This document shows, in pieces, positions 18,922 through 28,241 of a stretch of 64,000 bases of DNA. Origin of the DNA: Candidatus Palauibacter sp. (GTDB lineage Bacteria > Gemmatimonadota > Gemmatimonadetes > Palauibacterales > Palauibacteraceae); contig NZ_OZ250143.1 of the NCBI RefSeq assembly GCF_965237495.1, positions 515,918-579,917 on the forward strand, written 5' to 3'. The position numbers were made by a program, and so were the translations under genes. Below the pieces are notes generated by a model that was not told the DNA's origin, ran no database searches, and saw only the letters and a list, made by a program, of their open reading frames with translations. Each line of letters opens with the position of its first letter. Position 1 is the stretch's first letter.

Positions 18922-19714
18922 GCACCCGTTGGAGGCGGTCGAGCGCGATCTCAGGGTGTCGCCGCGGCGGCGTCTCGAGCTGATCGAGGAGCTGGGTGCG
19001 GACGCGGAGGCGCTCCAGGACGAGCTGCAGCGTCGGGGTCACCGCCCGGCTCAGGCCCGCCGGGCCGCGCTTCGGCGACTCGTCCCGACCGAGGAGGCGC
19101 TCGGGGAGCTTGAAGCGCAGCACGCGCCCCCTCTTGGCCGCTGGGTGCGGACCGCCGGGTGGCTCGACCGGGTGGAGCGTCTCGGCGTCGGGGCGGCCGC
19201 AGTCGTGGCCGGTGCGGCGGCGCTGGTTGTGGTTTGGTGGCACGCCCCCGCGAGCCCCACCCCCATTCTGGCCTGGCCCCAGGTGGCCGTGGTCGCGCTT
19301 CTCGCCGCCAACTGGACCCGGGCAGCCAAGCGCCTATGGATCGACGGAGACCTGCGACCGGCATTCCGTCAGCAACTGTGGCATCGGCAGATCGGCCTCG
19401 TCGTCGCGGCGATCGCCCTCGGGGCACTGGGGGCCGCCTGGGAGGGGTACAGCACGTTGGGCGCGCTCGAAGCCGAAGCCGCTGTGAGACGCCCAGCGGT
19501 GTGGGACGCCGTTCGCCGGAGCGTCTCCTTCGCCGCGCTCGGTCTAGGCGCTGCGATCTTCGGGCTCTTCGGCTGGCTCGCGATCACCCCACGTCTCATC
19601 ACCGACGAGATGATCGAGCGTCGCATTTCGATGTTCTTCACCCGTCCGCCGCTCACACTGACCTCATCCGGACTCGCCTCAACCAGACTCACATCAACCA
19701 AAGGGAGGGAATGA
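18911..19714 (+). CDS. PadR-associated membrane protein
   Basis: ATG at 18911 overlaps the padR stop. Several TM segments. This is the typical second gene of PadR operons. Confidence 0.5.
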   Translation: MRRKHPLEAVERDLRVSPRRRLELIEELGADAEALQDELQRRGHRPAQARRAALRRLVPTEEALGELEAQHAPPLGRWVRTAGWLDRVERLGVGAAAVVAGAAALVVVWWHAPASPTPILAWPQVAVVALLAANWTRAAKRLWIDGDLRPAFRQQLWHRQIGLVVAAIALGALGAAWEGYSTLGALEAEAAVRRPAVWDAVRRSVSFAALGLGAAIFGLFGWLAITPRLITDEMIERRISMFFTRPPLTLTSSGLASTRLTSTKGRE

Positions 19715-20085
19715 TGTCCTTCATCTCATCGCTCGGAGTCATCCAGTATCCGCTCTGGATCGTCCTTGCTCTGGTGCTGTTTCAGATCGGCCGCGCAACG
19801 ACCGACCTGGTTCGCCGCGAAGCCGCGGTCGACGGGCTGCGCATCCATTCAATTCTCATTCTGGGGGCCCTCGCGGCGTGCGTCGGCGTCCTCGGGTCGC
19901 TGGTCGGGGTGTGGATGGCGGCCGACTTCATCTCCCGGGCGGGTGACGTAAGCCCGGCGTTGGTCTGGAGCGGCATCCAGGTGGCACTGGGTTCCTCGAT
20001 CGTCGGCTTCCTCATCCTGGGCCTCGCGTCCGTCGCCTGGCTCGCTCTCCAATACACCGCGGCGCGCCGACAATCGGCCATCTAG
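19711..20085 (+). CDS. Small membrane protein
   Basis: GGGAGGG SD then ATG at 19711. Three predicted TM helices. Confidence 0.4.
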   Translation: MMSFISSLGVIQYPLWIVLALVLFQIGRATTDLVRREAAVDGLRIHSILILGALAACVGVLGSLVGVWMAADFISRAGDVSPALVWSGIQVALGSSIVGFLILGLASVAWLALQYTAARRQSAI

Positions 20086-20235
20086 AGGAGCCCGGAGCGC
20101 CCAACGCGGCGGCACCCGTTGCACCGGCCCGGCGGCCCGTTCTAGACTGATTCCCCCCGGCCGATGGGCGGCCGGATGAGTCCCGTTCTGGAGCTCCGCC
20201 GGCGCTCTTGCCGGCACAGGATCAGGAGTGGCCGC

Positions 20236-20703
<468 letters not shown>

Positions 20704-20727
20704 GCGGCCAGGGGAGGGACGAGAGAT

Positions 20728-23091
20728 ATGGCGACGGCTGAGAAATACGTAGGCGGCGGGGTCCCCAGGAAAGAGGATCCCAAGCTCCTCACCGGGCAGG
20801 GCCAGTTCGTGGAAGGCCTCACGCTGCCCGGCATGCTTCACATGGCACTCGTGCGCAGCCCGTTCGGATCGGCGCGCATCAACTCGGTGGATGTGTCCGC
20901 CGCCAGCGCCGCGGACGGCGTGGTGGCCGCGTTCAGCGGGGCGGACCTGGCCGGAGAATGGGCGGCCGGGCTGCCCATGGCGTGGCCCGTGACGGACGAC
21001 ATCCGGATCCCCGACCACTGGCCCGTGGCGCAGGATGTCGCGCGCTACGTGGGCGACGCGGTCGCGGTCGTGGTGGCGACCAGCCGCAACTCGGCGCTCG
21101 ACGCGGCGGAACTGGTGGAGGTCGACTACGAGGTGATGCAGGCGGTCGTGGACGTGGAGGCGGCGCTGGCCGACGACGCGCCCCGCGTGCACGAGTCGTT
21201 CGACGACAACAAGAGTTACACCTGGACCCTGACCAACGGCGACGTGGACGCGGCGTTCGCCAAGGCCGACGTCGTGGTCAAGGAGCGCTACACGCAGCCC
21301 CGGCTGATCCCGAACGCGATGGAGCCGCGCGCGGTCGTCGTCCAGTCGGTGCCCGCGGCGGGCGACTACACCGTCTGGTCGACCACGCAGATCCCGCACG
21401 TGGCGAAGGTGTTGTTCGCGCTCACGCTGGGGATTCCGGAGTCGCAGATGCGCGTGATCGCGCCGGATGTGGGCGGCGGCTTCGGCTCGAAGCTCAACGT
21501 GTACGCGGAGGAAGCGCTCTGCATCGCCCTCGCGCGCAGGCTCCGCAGACCGGTCAAGTGGGTGGCGAGCCGGAGCGAGGGGTATGTGGCCACGATCCAC
21601 GGCCGGGACCAGGTGCAGGAGATCGAGATCGCGGCGACCTCGGACGGCAGGATTCTGGGGTACCGGGTGAACATCCTCGCGGCCATGGGCGCCTATCTGC
21701 AGCTCGTGGCGCCGGGGGTCCCGCTTCTCGGGGCCTTCCTCTACTGCGGCTGCTACGGCGGGGAGGCGTACCACTTCGAGTGCACGGGCGTTTTCACGAA
21801 CACGACGCCGACGGACGCCTACCGCGGCGCGGGCCGGCCCGAGGCCACCTACGCGATCGAGCGGGCGATGGACGTGCTCGCCCGCGAGGTCGGGGTCGAC
21901 CCGACCGAGATCCGGCGGCGGAACTTCCTCCCGGCGGGCGACATGGTCCAGAGCCCGGGCGGCCTCGCCTTCGACTCGGCGAACTACGAGCCCGCGCTGG
22001 ACCGTGCCCTGGAACTGCTGGACTACGACGGGTTCCGCCGCGACCAGGCGGAGCGCAGGGAGAGCGGGGCGGGCAAGCAGATCGGCGTCGGGTTCTCCTC
22101 CTACGTGGAGATCTGCGGGCTCGCCCCCTCGCAGGTGCTGGCTTCGCTGAAATACGCGGCGGGCGGCTGGGACGCGGCCACGGTGCGCATGCTGCCGACC
22201 GGGAAAGCGGAGGTCGTGACGGGCAGCTCGCCGCACGGGCAGGGGCACGTGACCTCATGGTCCCAGATCGCGGCGGACGCGCTCGGGATTCCGTACGAGG
22301 ATGTCACGGTGCTGCACGGCGATACACATGTCGCGCCCCACGGGATGAACACATACGGAAGCCGCAGTCTCGCGGTGGCCGGGGTCGCGGTCTACAAGGC
22401 CTGCGGCCGGGTCGTCGACAAAGCGCGGCTCCTGGCGGCGCACCTGCTCGAGGTCGCGCCCGAGGATCTCGACTACGAGGCGGGGACCTTCTCCGTGAAG
22501 GGGGTTCCGGACCGCACGAAGTCGATGCCCGAACTCGCCTTCGCGGCGTGGACCGCCCACAGCCTGCCGGAGGGCTCGGAGCCCGGGCTCGAAGCGGGCT
22601 GTGTGTACGATCCGCCGAACTTCACCTTCCCGTTCGGTACGCACGTCGCCGTGGTCGAGGTGGACACCGACACGGGAGCCGTGGAGCTCGTCCGCTACAT
22701 CGCGGTCGACGACTGCGGGCCGGTGATCAACCCGGTGATCGTGGACGGACAGGTACACGGCGGCGTGGCGCAGGGGATCGCGGCCGCGCTGTACGAGGAG
22801 GCGACCTACGCCGAAGACGGGACGCTCGAGACCTCCTCCATGATCAACTATCTCGTGCCGTCGGCGGCCGAGTTCCCGTTCTTCGAGACGGACCGGACGG
22901 TGACGCCCAGTACCTCGAACCCGATGGGGGTGAAGGGGATCGGCGAGGCGGGGACGATCGGTTCCGCGCCGGCGGTCATCAACGCGGTCGTGGACGCGCT
23001 CGCGCACCTCGGCGTGACGGACGTCCCGATGCCGGCGACTCCGGAACGAGTATGGCGAGCCATTCAGGCGACGCAGGGAGGTGAGGCATGA
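20728..23091 (+). CDS. coxL: Molybdopterin-binding large subunit, form-II CoxL-like (xanthine dehydrogenase / aldehyde oxidase family)
   Basis: Active-site loop reads AYRGAGRPEA, the form-II variant, not the form-I VAYRCSFR. 787 aa. S-L-M gene order. Confidence 0.9.
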   Translation: MATAEKYVGGGVPRKEDPKLLTGQGQFVEGLTLPGMLHMALVRSPFGSARINSVDVSAASAADGVVAAFSGADLAGEWAAGLPMAWPVTDDIRIPDHWPVAQDVARYVGDAVAVVVATSRNSALDAAELVEVDYEVMQAVVDVEAALADDAPRVHESFDDNKSYTWTLTNGDVDAAFAKADVVVKERYTQPRLIPNAMEPRAVVVQSVPAAGDYTVWSTTQIPHVAKVLFALTLGIPESQMRVIAPDVGGGFGSKLNVYAEEALCIALARRLRRPVKWVASRSEGYVATIHGRDQVQEIEIAATSDGRILGYRVNILAAMGAYLQLVAPGVPLLGAFLYCGCYGGEAYHFECTGVFTNTTPTDAYRGAGRPEATYAIERAMDVLAREVGVDPTEIRRRNFLPAGDMVQSPGGLAFDSANYEPALDRALELLDYDGFRRDQAERRESGAGKQIGVGFSSYVEICGLAPSQVLASLKYAAGGWDAATVRMLPTGKAEVVTGSSPHGQGHVTSWSQIAADALGIPYEDVTVLHGDTHVAPHGMNTYGSRSLAVAGVAVYKACGRVVDKARLLAAHLLEVAPEDLDYEAGTFSVKGVPDRTKSMPELAFAAWTAHSLPEGSEPGLEAGCVYDPPNFTFPFGTHVAVVEVDTDTGAVELVRYIAVDDCGPVINPVIVDGQVHGGVAQGIAAALYEEATYAEDGTLETSSMINYLVPSAAEFPFFETDRTVTPSTSNPMGVKGIGEAGTIGSAPAVINAVVDALAHLGVTDVPMPATPERVWRAIQATQGGEA

Positions 23092-23951
23092 TTCCGGCTT
23101 CCTTCGAATACGAGCGCGCGGGGTCCCTCGACGAGGCGCTGAGTCTTCTCGCCCAGGGAGGGGAAGACGCGCGGCCGCTGGCCGGCGGACATTCACTGCT
23201 GCCGCTGATGCGGCTGCGGCTGGCGCGGCCGACGCTGCTGGTGGACATCGGCGGTCTGGACGAGCTGCGGGGGGTGCACTCGGATGGCGACGCGGTCTCG
23301 ATCGGCGCGCTGACGACGCATCACGAGCTTGCGGGCGCCTCGGAGCTGACGGGCGGCTGTGGGCTCATCGCCAAGGTGGCGCAGGGGATCGGCGACCCGC
23401 AGGTGCGGCATCGAGGCACCATCGGCGGCTCCGTCGCGCACGCGGATCCGGCCTCGGACCTGCCCACGGCGCTGCTCGCGCTCGACGCGGAGATCTCGGT
23501 GGCGGGGAGCGGCGGCACGCGCTGGGTCGCCGCGGCCGACTTCTTCGTCGGGCCGTTCATGCCGGCCATGGACTCCGGTGAGATCGTGACCGGGATCCGG
23601 GTGCCGCGAAAGGACGGCTGGGGCAGCGCGTACCACAAGTTCCAGCGGCGCGCGCAGGACTGGGCGATCGTCGGGGTCGCCGCGGTCGTGCACTGGAGCG
23701 ACGGGATCGCGGGGGCCGCGATCGGCCTCACGAACATGGGCGGCACGCCGCTACGGGCGCATGCGGTCGAGGCCGCCCTCGCCGGCGCCTCCGAGAAGGC
23801 CGAGATCATGGCGGCGGCCTCGAAGGTGTCGGAACTCGAGACGCCGCCAGCGGACGAGAACGCGAGTTCGGAGTTCCGCCTGCACCTCGCGGAAGTGCTG
23901 ATCCGGCGCGCCCTCGCGGAGGCGGCGGGCTGCCCCGGGATGAAACATTAG
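23088..23951 (+). CDS. coxM: FAD-binding medium subunit (CoxM-like)
   Basis: AGGHSLLPLMRLRLARP FAD-binding motif. ATGA overlap with the coxL stop. Confidence 0.9.
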   Translation: MIPASFEYERAGSLDEALSLLAQGGEDARPLAGGHSLLPLMRLRLARPTLLVDIGGLDELRGVHSDGDAVSIGALTTHHELAGASELTGGCGLIAKVAQGIGDPQVRHRGTIGGSVAHADPASDLPTALLALDAEISVAGSGGTRWVAAADFFVGPFMPAMDSGEIVTGIRVPRKDGWGSAYHKFQRRAQDWAIVGVAAVVHWSDGIAGAAIGLTNMGGTPLRAHAVEAALAGASEKAEIMAAASKVSELETPPADENASSEFRLHLAEVLIRRALAEAAGCPGMKH

Positions 23952-24183
23952 CCCGGCTCTCTACACACTGCGCGCGTGGGCGGTCCGTCGCGGGGGATCG
24001 TGACGCAGGTCCCCCGAATTGGGGATTGCCAGGACTTGCTCGGGCGATAGACGTGCGTAGGCACGCACTTTGCCGGTCTCATTCGCTCATCCCCTCCGAC
24101 AGGGAGAGGCACCGCGGAAGACCGGGAAGACCTGTAGCCCACCGACATCAGGACGCGCGACGTTCCGCGCCAGAACTCAGACG

Positions 24184-24290
24184 AACATCTATCTGACTCC
24201 GCCGCATGCTCGAGGTTTCAGGCCCCACTGGGACACGCATGATGTATTCGTGCTGCAGGTGGAAGGGTCAAAGCGGTGGCGTCTCTACGA
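24184..24290 (+). pseudogene. Remnant of a cupin-4/JmjC-like oxygenase gene (~36 codons)
   Basis: [38 protein letters not shown] matches the conserved cupin-4 core. Similarity is lost immediately up- and downstream. Confidence 0.35.
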
Positions 24291-24420
24291 CGGTGGACGG
24301 CTTGCCCCGCACGTCCCGGCACCTTGCCGAGCGGTGGGGCAAAGAACTGGACGCGGTACTCCGCGCACTCAACCCGGAAATCAACCCGCACGGCGGCGCG
24401 ATCGTCACTAAGGAGCCAAC

Positions 24421-25779
24421 ATCAAAAAGACAACTGTCAGCCGCCGGAACTTTCTCGTCCGGGGTAGTGGTGCCTTGGTCTCTCTCTCCTTGGGCACTGG
24501 CTGCTCGGACAACGGGATGGGTCCGGTCGTCAGTGTGCCCCCTGCGCCCCCGCCCGCGCCTCCCCCCGCGCCAACGCCACCGCCGCCGCCACCGCCGCCG
24601 CCCGAAGATCGGGTCGACGTGATCGTGGTGGGCGCCGGTCTGTCCGGGCTCGTCGCCGCATACGAGTTGGTCCGGGCGGGGCACGATGTCCGGGTTCTGG
24701 AAGCAAGAAACGCAGCCGGGGGCCGGGCGCAGACACTTCGCGAGCCCTTCGACGACGGGCTCATCGCCGAAGCTGGCCCTGCCCGAATCCCACCCGACCA
24801 TGATCGAACGCTCGGCTACATCGACCACTTCGGCATCGAGACATCTCCCTTCTATACGCAGGAAGGTGAGTACCTCATCGTTCCCGAGCAGGGCGACCGC
24901 TACCGGGAGACGCCGGGCGTGTTCCTCGGTGGGGGACGGGACACGTGGCTCAAGATTCCGGCTGGGACCGATGCCCTGCCGATGGCGTTCGCCGAAGCGC
25001 TCGGAGACCGTGTGCGGTACGGCTCGCCGGTGACGAGGGTGGTCCGGGATGAGGCCGGTGTGGTGGCCACCTACGGAACCGGCGACGCCGCGGAGGAGCT
25101 GAAGGGCAGCCACCTCATCTGCACCGTCCCCCTCCCCGTCATCGACAAGATCGTGTTCGACCCCATCCTCTCGGAAGCGAAGCGAGCGGCCTTCGAAGCC
25201 ACTTCCTACCAGGACGTCACTCGGGTCTACGTCCAGTATGCGGAACGAAATTGGGAGGGCGACGGCTTGAACGGATGGGGGCTGTCGTTAGTGGGGGGGT
25301 TCTGGGAGTTCTGGCATCCCACCTGGAATCAGCCGGGGCCTCGGGGAATTCTGATGTCCTACATGTACGGAGACATGGCGCGCACGGTCGCGGCGATGGA
25401 GCCCGGCATCATCGTGCCCGACTTCATCGATCGCTTTGATGGCTTCTTCCCCGGCTCGCGCGAGGTCGCGGAGCGCGGAACCCACTTCGCGTGGGAGCAC
25501 CAGCCTTGGATTGGGGCGGCCTACACCCAGCACGATCCCCCGTTCGCGGAGCACCCGGAACTGGCATCACCCGAGGGCCCCATTCACTTCGCTGGCGAGC
25601 ACGCCTCGGGGGAGCGGGGGTGGATGCAGGGAGCCCTCCAGTCGGGCCTGCGGGCTGCCTCGGAGATCGATGCGACGGTGACGGGGGAGCGCTCCGGCGC
25701 GGCCGTGGCAATCTCGCGGCGGCGGATGGTGCGCCGTTTCGCGGCTGGCCTCCATGCGCCGGAATGGTTGGCGGCGTGA
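24421..25779 (+). CDS. Flavin-containing amine oxidase; Tat-signal lipoprotein with poly-Pro linker; ATC at predicted start position
   Basis: Rossmann motif [17 protein letters not shown]...[11 protein letters not shown]. Tat motif [22 protein letters not shown] with lipobox. A perfect AAGGAG SD sits 5 nt before ATC at 24421. There is no ATG, GTG or TTG in frame before TTG at 24475, and a start at 24475 would exclude the RR motif. Confidence 0.7.
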   Translation: MKKTTVSRRNFLVRGSGALVSLSLGTGCSDNGMGPVVSVPPAPPPAPPPAPTPPPPPPPPPEDRVDVIVVGAGLSGLVAAYELVRAGHDVRVLEARNAAGGRAQTLREPFDDGLIAEAGPARIPPDHDRTLGYIDHFGIETSPFYTQEGEYLIVPEQGDRYRETPGVFLGGGRDTWLKIPAGTDALPMAFAEALGDRVRYGSPVTRVVRDEAGVVATYGTGDAAEELKGSHLICTVPLPVIDKIVFDPILSEAKRAAFEATSYQDVTRVYVQYAERNWEGDGLNGWGLSLVGGFWEFWHPTWNQPGPRGILMSYMYGDMARTVAAMEPGIIVPDFIDRFDGFFPGSREVAERGTHFAWEHQPWIGAAYTQHDPPFAEHPELASPEGPIHFAGEHASGERGWMQGALQSGLRAASEIDATVTGERSGAAVAISRRRMVRRFAAGLHAPEWLAA

Positions 25780-26351
25780 CGCCATTCTGGCCATTTCCTG
25801 CGGGTAGCGGCCTTTCGCTCCACCACACGGGTATCCCCACTGATATTGAGGGCGCGGCAAGGCTGGCGCATGATGAGCCGTTCGAGTTTGAGAAGTGGGC
25901 CGTTACACGGATACCGAGGCTCTTGCCGAACATGGTGCAGGTCGGCGATGGCGGTATCGACGGCGTGGGGAGATTGCTCACGAAGCCCGCCAACGTGGAT
26001 TCCGACCTCGCCATCGCCCAGGTGAAGGGCGGGATGTGGAAGGCGGGCGACTTCCGCGACTTCACGGGCCGAATACCGATTCTCCCGGCAGCCACCGGAA
26101 CTTACATCACGCTCCACCCGGTTACCTCGCGCGCGGCCCACGCGGAAGCCGCACGATTGGGCGTGCTTCGTATGGACGGTGCAGCGCAGACATATCCGAG
26201 GGCGCAGTTGTGGTCCATCGTGGACTGCTTCGAGAACCGACCGCCCCGGCTGCCGCCGCTAGCCAACCCGTATACTGGGCAGGCGATGCAGCAGGAATTG
26301 CTCCAGCTCTTCCAAGCACACACGGGGGGGGAAGTTGTAGCCTGGGTATAG
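25764..26351 (+). CDS. Mrr_cat-like restriction-endonuclease-domain protein (small, possibly truncated)
   Basis: [15 protein letters not shown]...[14 protein letters not shown]...LAIAQVKGG matches the Mrr catalytic-domain pattern D-GIDG ... Q-K. ATG at 25764 overlaps the amine oxidase stop. Confidence 0.45.
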   Translation: MVGGVTPFWPFPAGSGLSLHHTGIPTDIEGAARLAHDEPFEFEKWAVTRIPRLLPNMVQVGDGGIDGVGRLLTKPANVDSDLAIAQVKGGMWKAGDFRDFTGRIPILPAATGTYITLHPVTSRAAHAEAARLGVLRMDGAAQTYPRAQLWSIVDCFENRPPRLPPLANPYTGQAMQQELLQLFQAHTGGEVVAWV

Positions 26352-26421
26352 GTCCCTTGTTTTGCGGGGCGCCTGATCGACCGCTAGTCCCAAGACAAGC
26401 GTGATTCGGGCGGGACATCTA

Positions 26422-28199
26422 CCAAAGAGTACCGGAAAGGCCTATCCTGATTGTAGTTATCGGATTCGGGCGGTGGACGCCCGGTCCCAACCAGGAGGCC
26501 TTTCCGGTGAAGAGAATATCGCATCGCAAGAGCAGGAGGAACAGTGCCCGTCGGAAGCGGAAGGTTCGGGCGCGGCACTGTAAGGCGGGACGCCGGCGGG
26601 CGCGGGCGAAGCCCGTGTTCTCGGCGGGCGCGGTCCACTACGAGATCGGGGCGCGGACGAGCGCGATGAGCTTCGGGGGCATCGGCGCCGTGCGGCGGCT
26701 GGTGTCGAGGCTGGGGCTGGCGCGGGGGATCGACGCCCGGCTGAACCTCTTGAAGAGACGCCTGCCGTACCACGAGTCGGACCACGTGCTGAACATCGCG
26801 TACAACCTGCTGTGCGGGCGCGCGCGGCTGGAGGATCTGAACGGCCCGCGCCACGACGCGGCGTACATGGACGCGCTGGGCGCGGCGCTGATCCCGAGTC
26901 CGACGGCGGCGGGCGACTTCACGCGGCGCTTCTCCGAGTCCGACGTGATCGAGCTGATGGAGTGCATCAACGCGGTCAGGCCGCGGCTGTGGCGGGGCCG
27001 GGGCCGGGATCTGCTGGGGCCGGTGGCCTACGTGGACGTGGACGGGACGCTGGCGCCCACGCTGGGCCGCAAGAAGGCGGGCATGGACCAGTCCTACAAG
27101 AAGGTGTGGGGCTACCACCCGCTGGTCGTGTCGCTGGCCAACACGTGCGAGGTGCTCTACGTGGTGAACCGGCCGGGCAACGCGGTGAGCCACCGGGGCG
27201 CGGCGGCGTGGATCGACAAGGCGATCGACCTTGTCTCGCCGCATGTTCCCGGGGTGTGCGTGCGCGGGGACACGGACTTCTCGCTGACCGTCAACTTCGA
27301 CCGCTGGAGCGAGCGGGCGGACTTCCTCTTCGGCTACGACGCCCAGCCGGCCATGGTCAAGCGCGCCGAGGCGCTGGAGGCCGGCGCGTGGCCGCGCCTG
27401 GAGCGCGGGCCGCGCCATGTGTCCCCGACGGGGGCGACGCGGAGCAGGCGGCCCGACGAGAAGGGACGGATCGTGCGCGAGCGGGGTTACCTCAACAAGC
27501 GGCTGAACCACGAGGACGTGGCCGAGTACGACTACCGGCCGACCAAGTGCCGCAAGACGTACCGGATGGTGGTCGTGCGAAAGAACACCGGCAAAATGAA
27601 GGGCGAGCTGTGCCTGGTGGACGAGATCCGCCACTTCTTTTACATCACCACCCGGAGGGACCTGAGCGCGGCGGAGGTCGTCCGGCTGGCCAACGCGCGC
27701 TGCGACCAGGAGAACGTGATCGAGCAGCTCAAGAACGGGGTGAACGCGCTGCGGGTGCCCGTGTACGACCTGGTGAGCAACTGGGCCTACATGGTGATGG
27801 CGGCGCTGGCGTGGAACCTCAAGAGCTGGCTCGCCATGATGATGCACCTGAAGGCCGACCGCCGGAAGTACATCGCCATGGAGTTCCGGCGCTTCGTCCG
27901 CGAGATGATCCTCGTGCCCTGCCAGGTCATCCGCCGGTCGCGGCGCACCACGCTCAGGATCATCGGCTGGCAACCCACCACCGACCGGCTGTTCAGCGTC
28001 TGGCGCACGATCGAGAGGACCGGCTTCGGCTGACGCCGCCCCCGGTTCTCCCGCTCGTCCCACGCCTCCACCCGGATCCGCGGGGACCGGTGTCTCCCGC
28101 CGCCAAATCACGCTCCCCCAAGCCCCGCCCGCCGAGCGAAGAACCCCGCATCCCCGCCCCGGAACCACCCAGAAACGGCTTTCCGGCAGGCTCTTCGGC
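26422..28199 (+). mobile_element. IS1380-family insertion sequence (approximate ends)
   Basis: Imperfect terminal inverted repeats, CAAAGAGTACCGGAAAGGCC at the left end and CCGAAGAGCCTGCCGGAAAGCC as the reverse complement of the right end. A subterminal direct repeat GATTCGGGCGG lies at 26402 and 26462. No clear target duplication was found, so the ends are tentative. Confidence 0.55.
26507..28033 (+). CDS. IS1380-family DDE transposase
   Basis: N-terminal block GGIGAVRRLVSRLGLARGIDARLNLLKRRLPYHESDHVLNIAYNLLCGRARLEDLNGPRHDAAYMDALGA and C-terminal CDQENVIEQLKNGV match IS1380 transposases. The true start may be the internal ATG (MSFGG) near 26663. Confidence 0.8.
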   Translation: MKRISHRKSRRNSARRKRKVRARHCKAGRRRARAKPVFSAGAVHYEIGARTSAMSFGGIGAVRRLVSRLGLARGIDARLNLLKRRLPYHESDHVLNIAYNLLCGRARLEDLNGPRHDAAYMDALGAALIPSPTAAGDFTRRFSESDVIELMECINAVRPRLWRGRGRDLLGPVAYVDVDGTLAPTLGRKKAGMDQSYKKVWGYHPLVVSLANTCEVLYVVNRPGNAVSHRGAAAWIDKAIDLVSPHVPGVCVRGDTDFSLTVNFDRWSERADFLFGYDAQPAMVKRAEALEAGAWPRLERGPRHVSPTGATRSRRPDEKGRIVRERGYLNKRLNHEDVAEYDYRPTKCRKTYRMVVVRKNTGKMKGELCLVDEIRHFFYITTRRDLSAAEVVRLANARCDQENVIEQLKNGVNALRVPVYDLVSNWAYMVMAALAWNLKSWLAMMMHLKADRRKYIAMEFRRFVREMILVPCQVIRRSRRTTLRIIGWQPTTDRLFSVWRTIERTGFG

Positions 28200-28241
28200 C
28201 CATAATCCGCCACCCGAGGTCATAGTGATACCTTGGGAGCC

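Noticed and set aside
20958-23084. 708-aa plus-strand ORF in an alternative frame
   Set aside because: Out of frame with coxL. The Arg/Gly-rich product is typical of GC-rich off-frame translation.
26384-28213. 609-aa minus-strand ORF
   Set aside because: Antisense to the IS1380 transposase. No domain signal.
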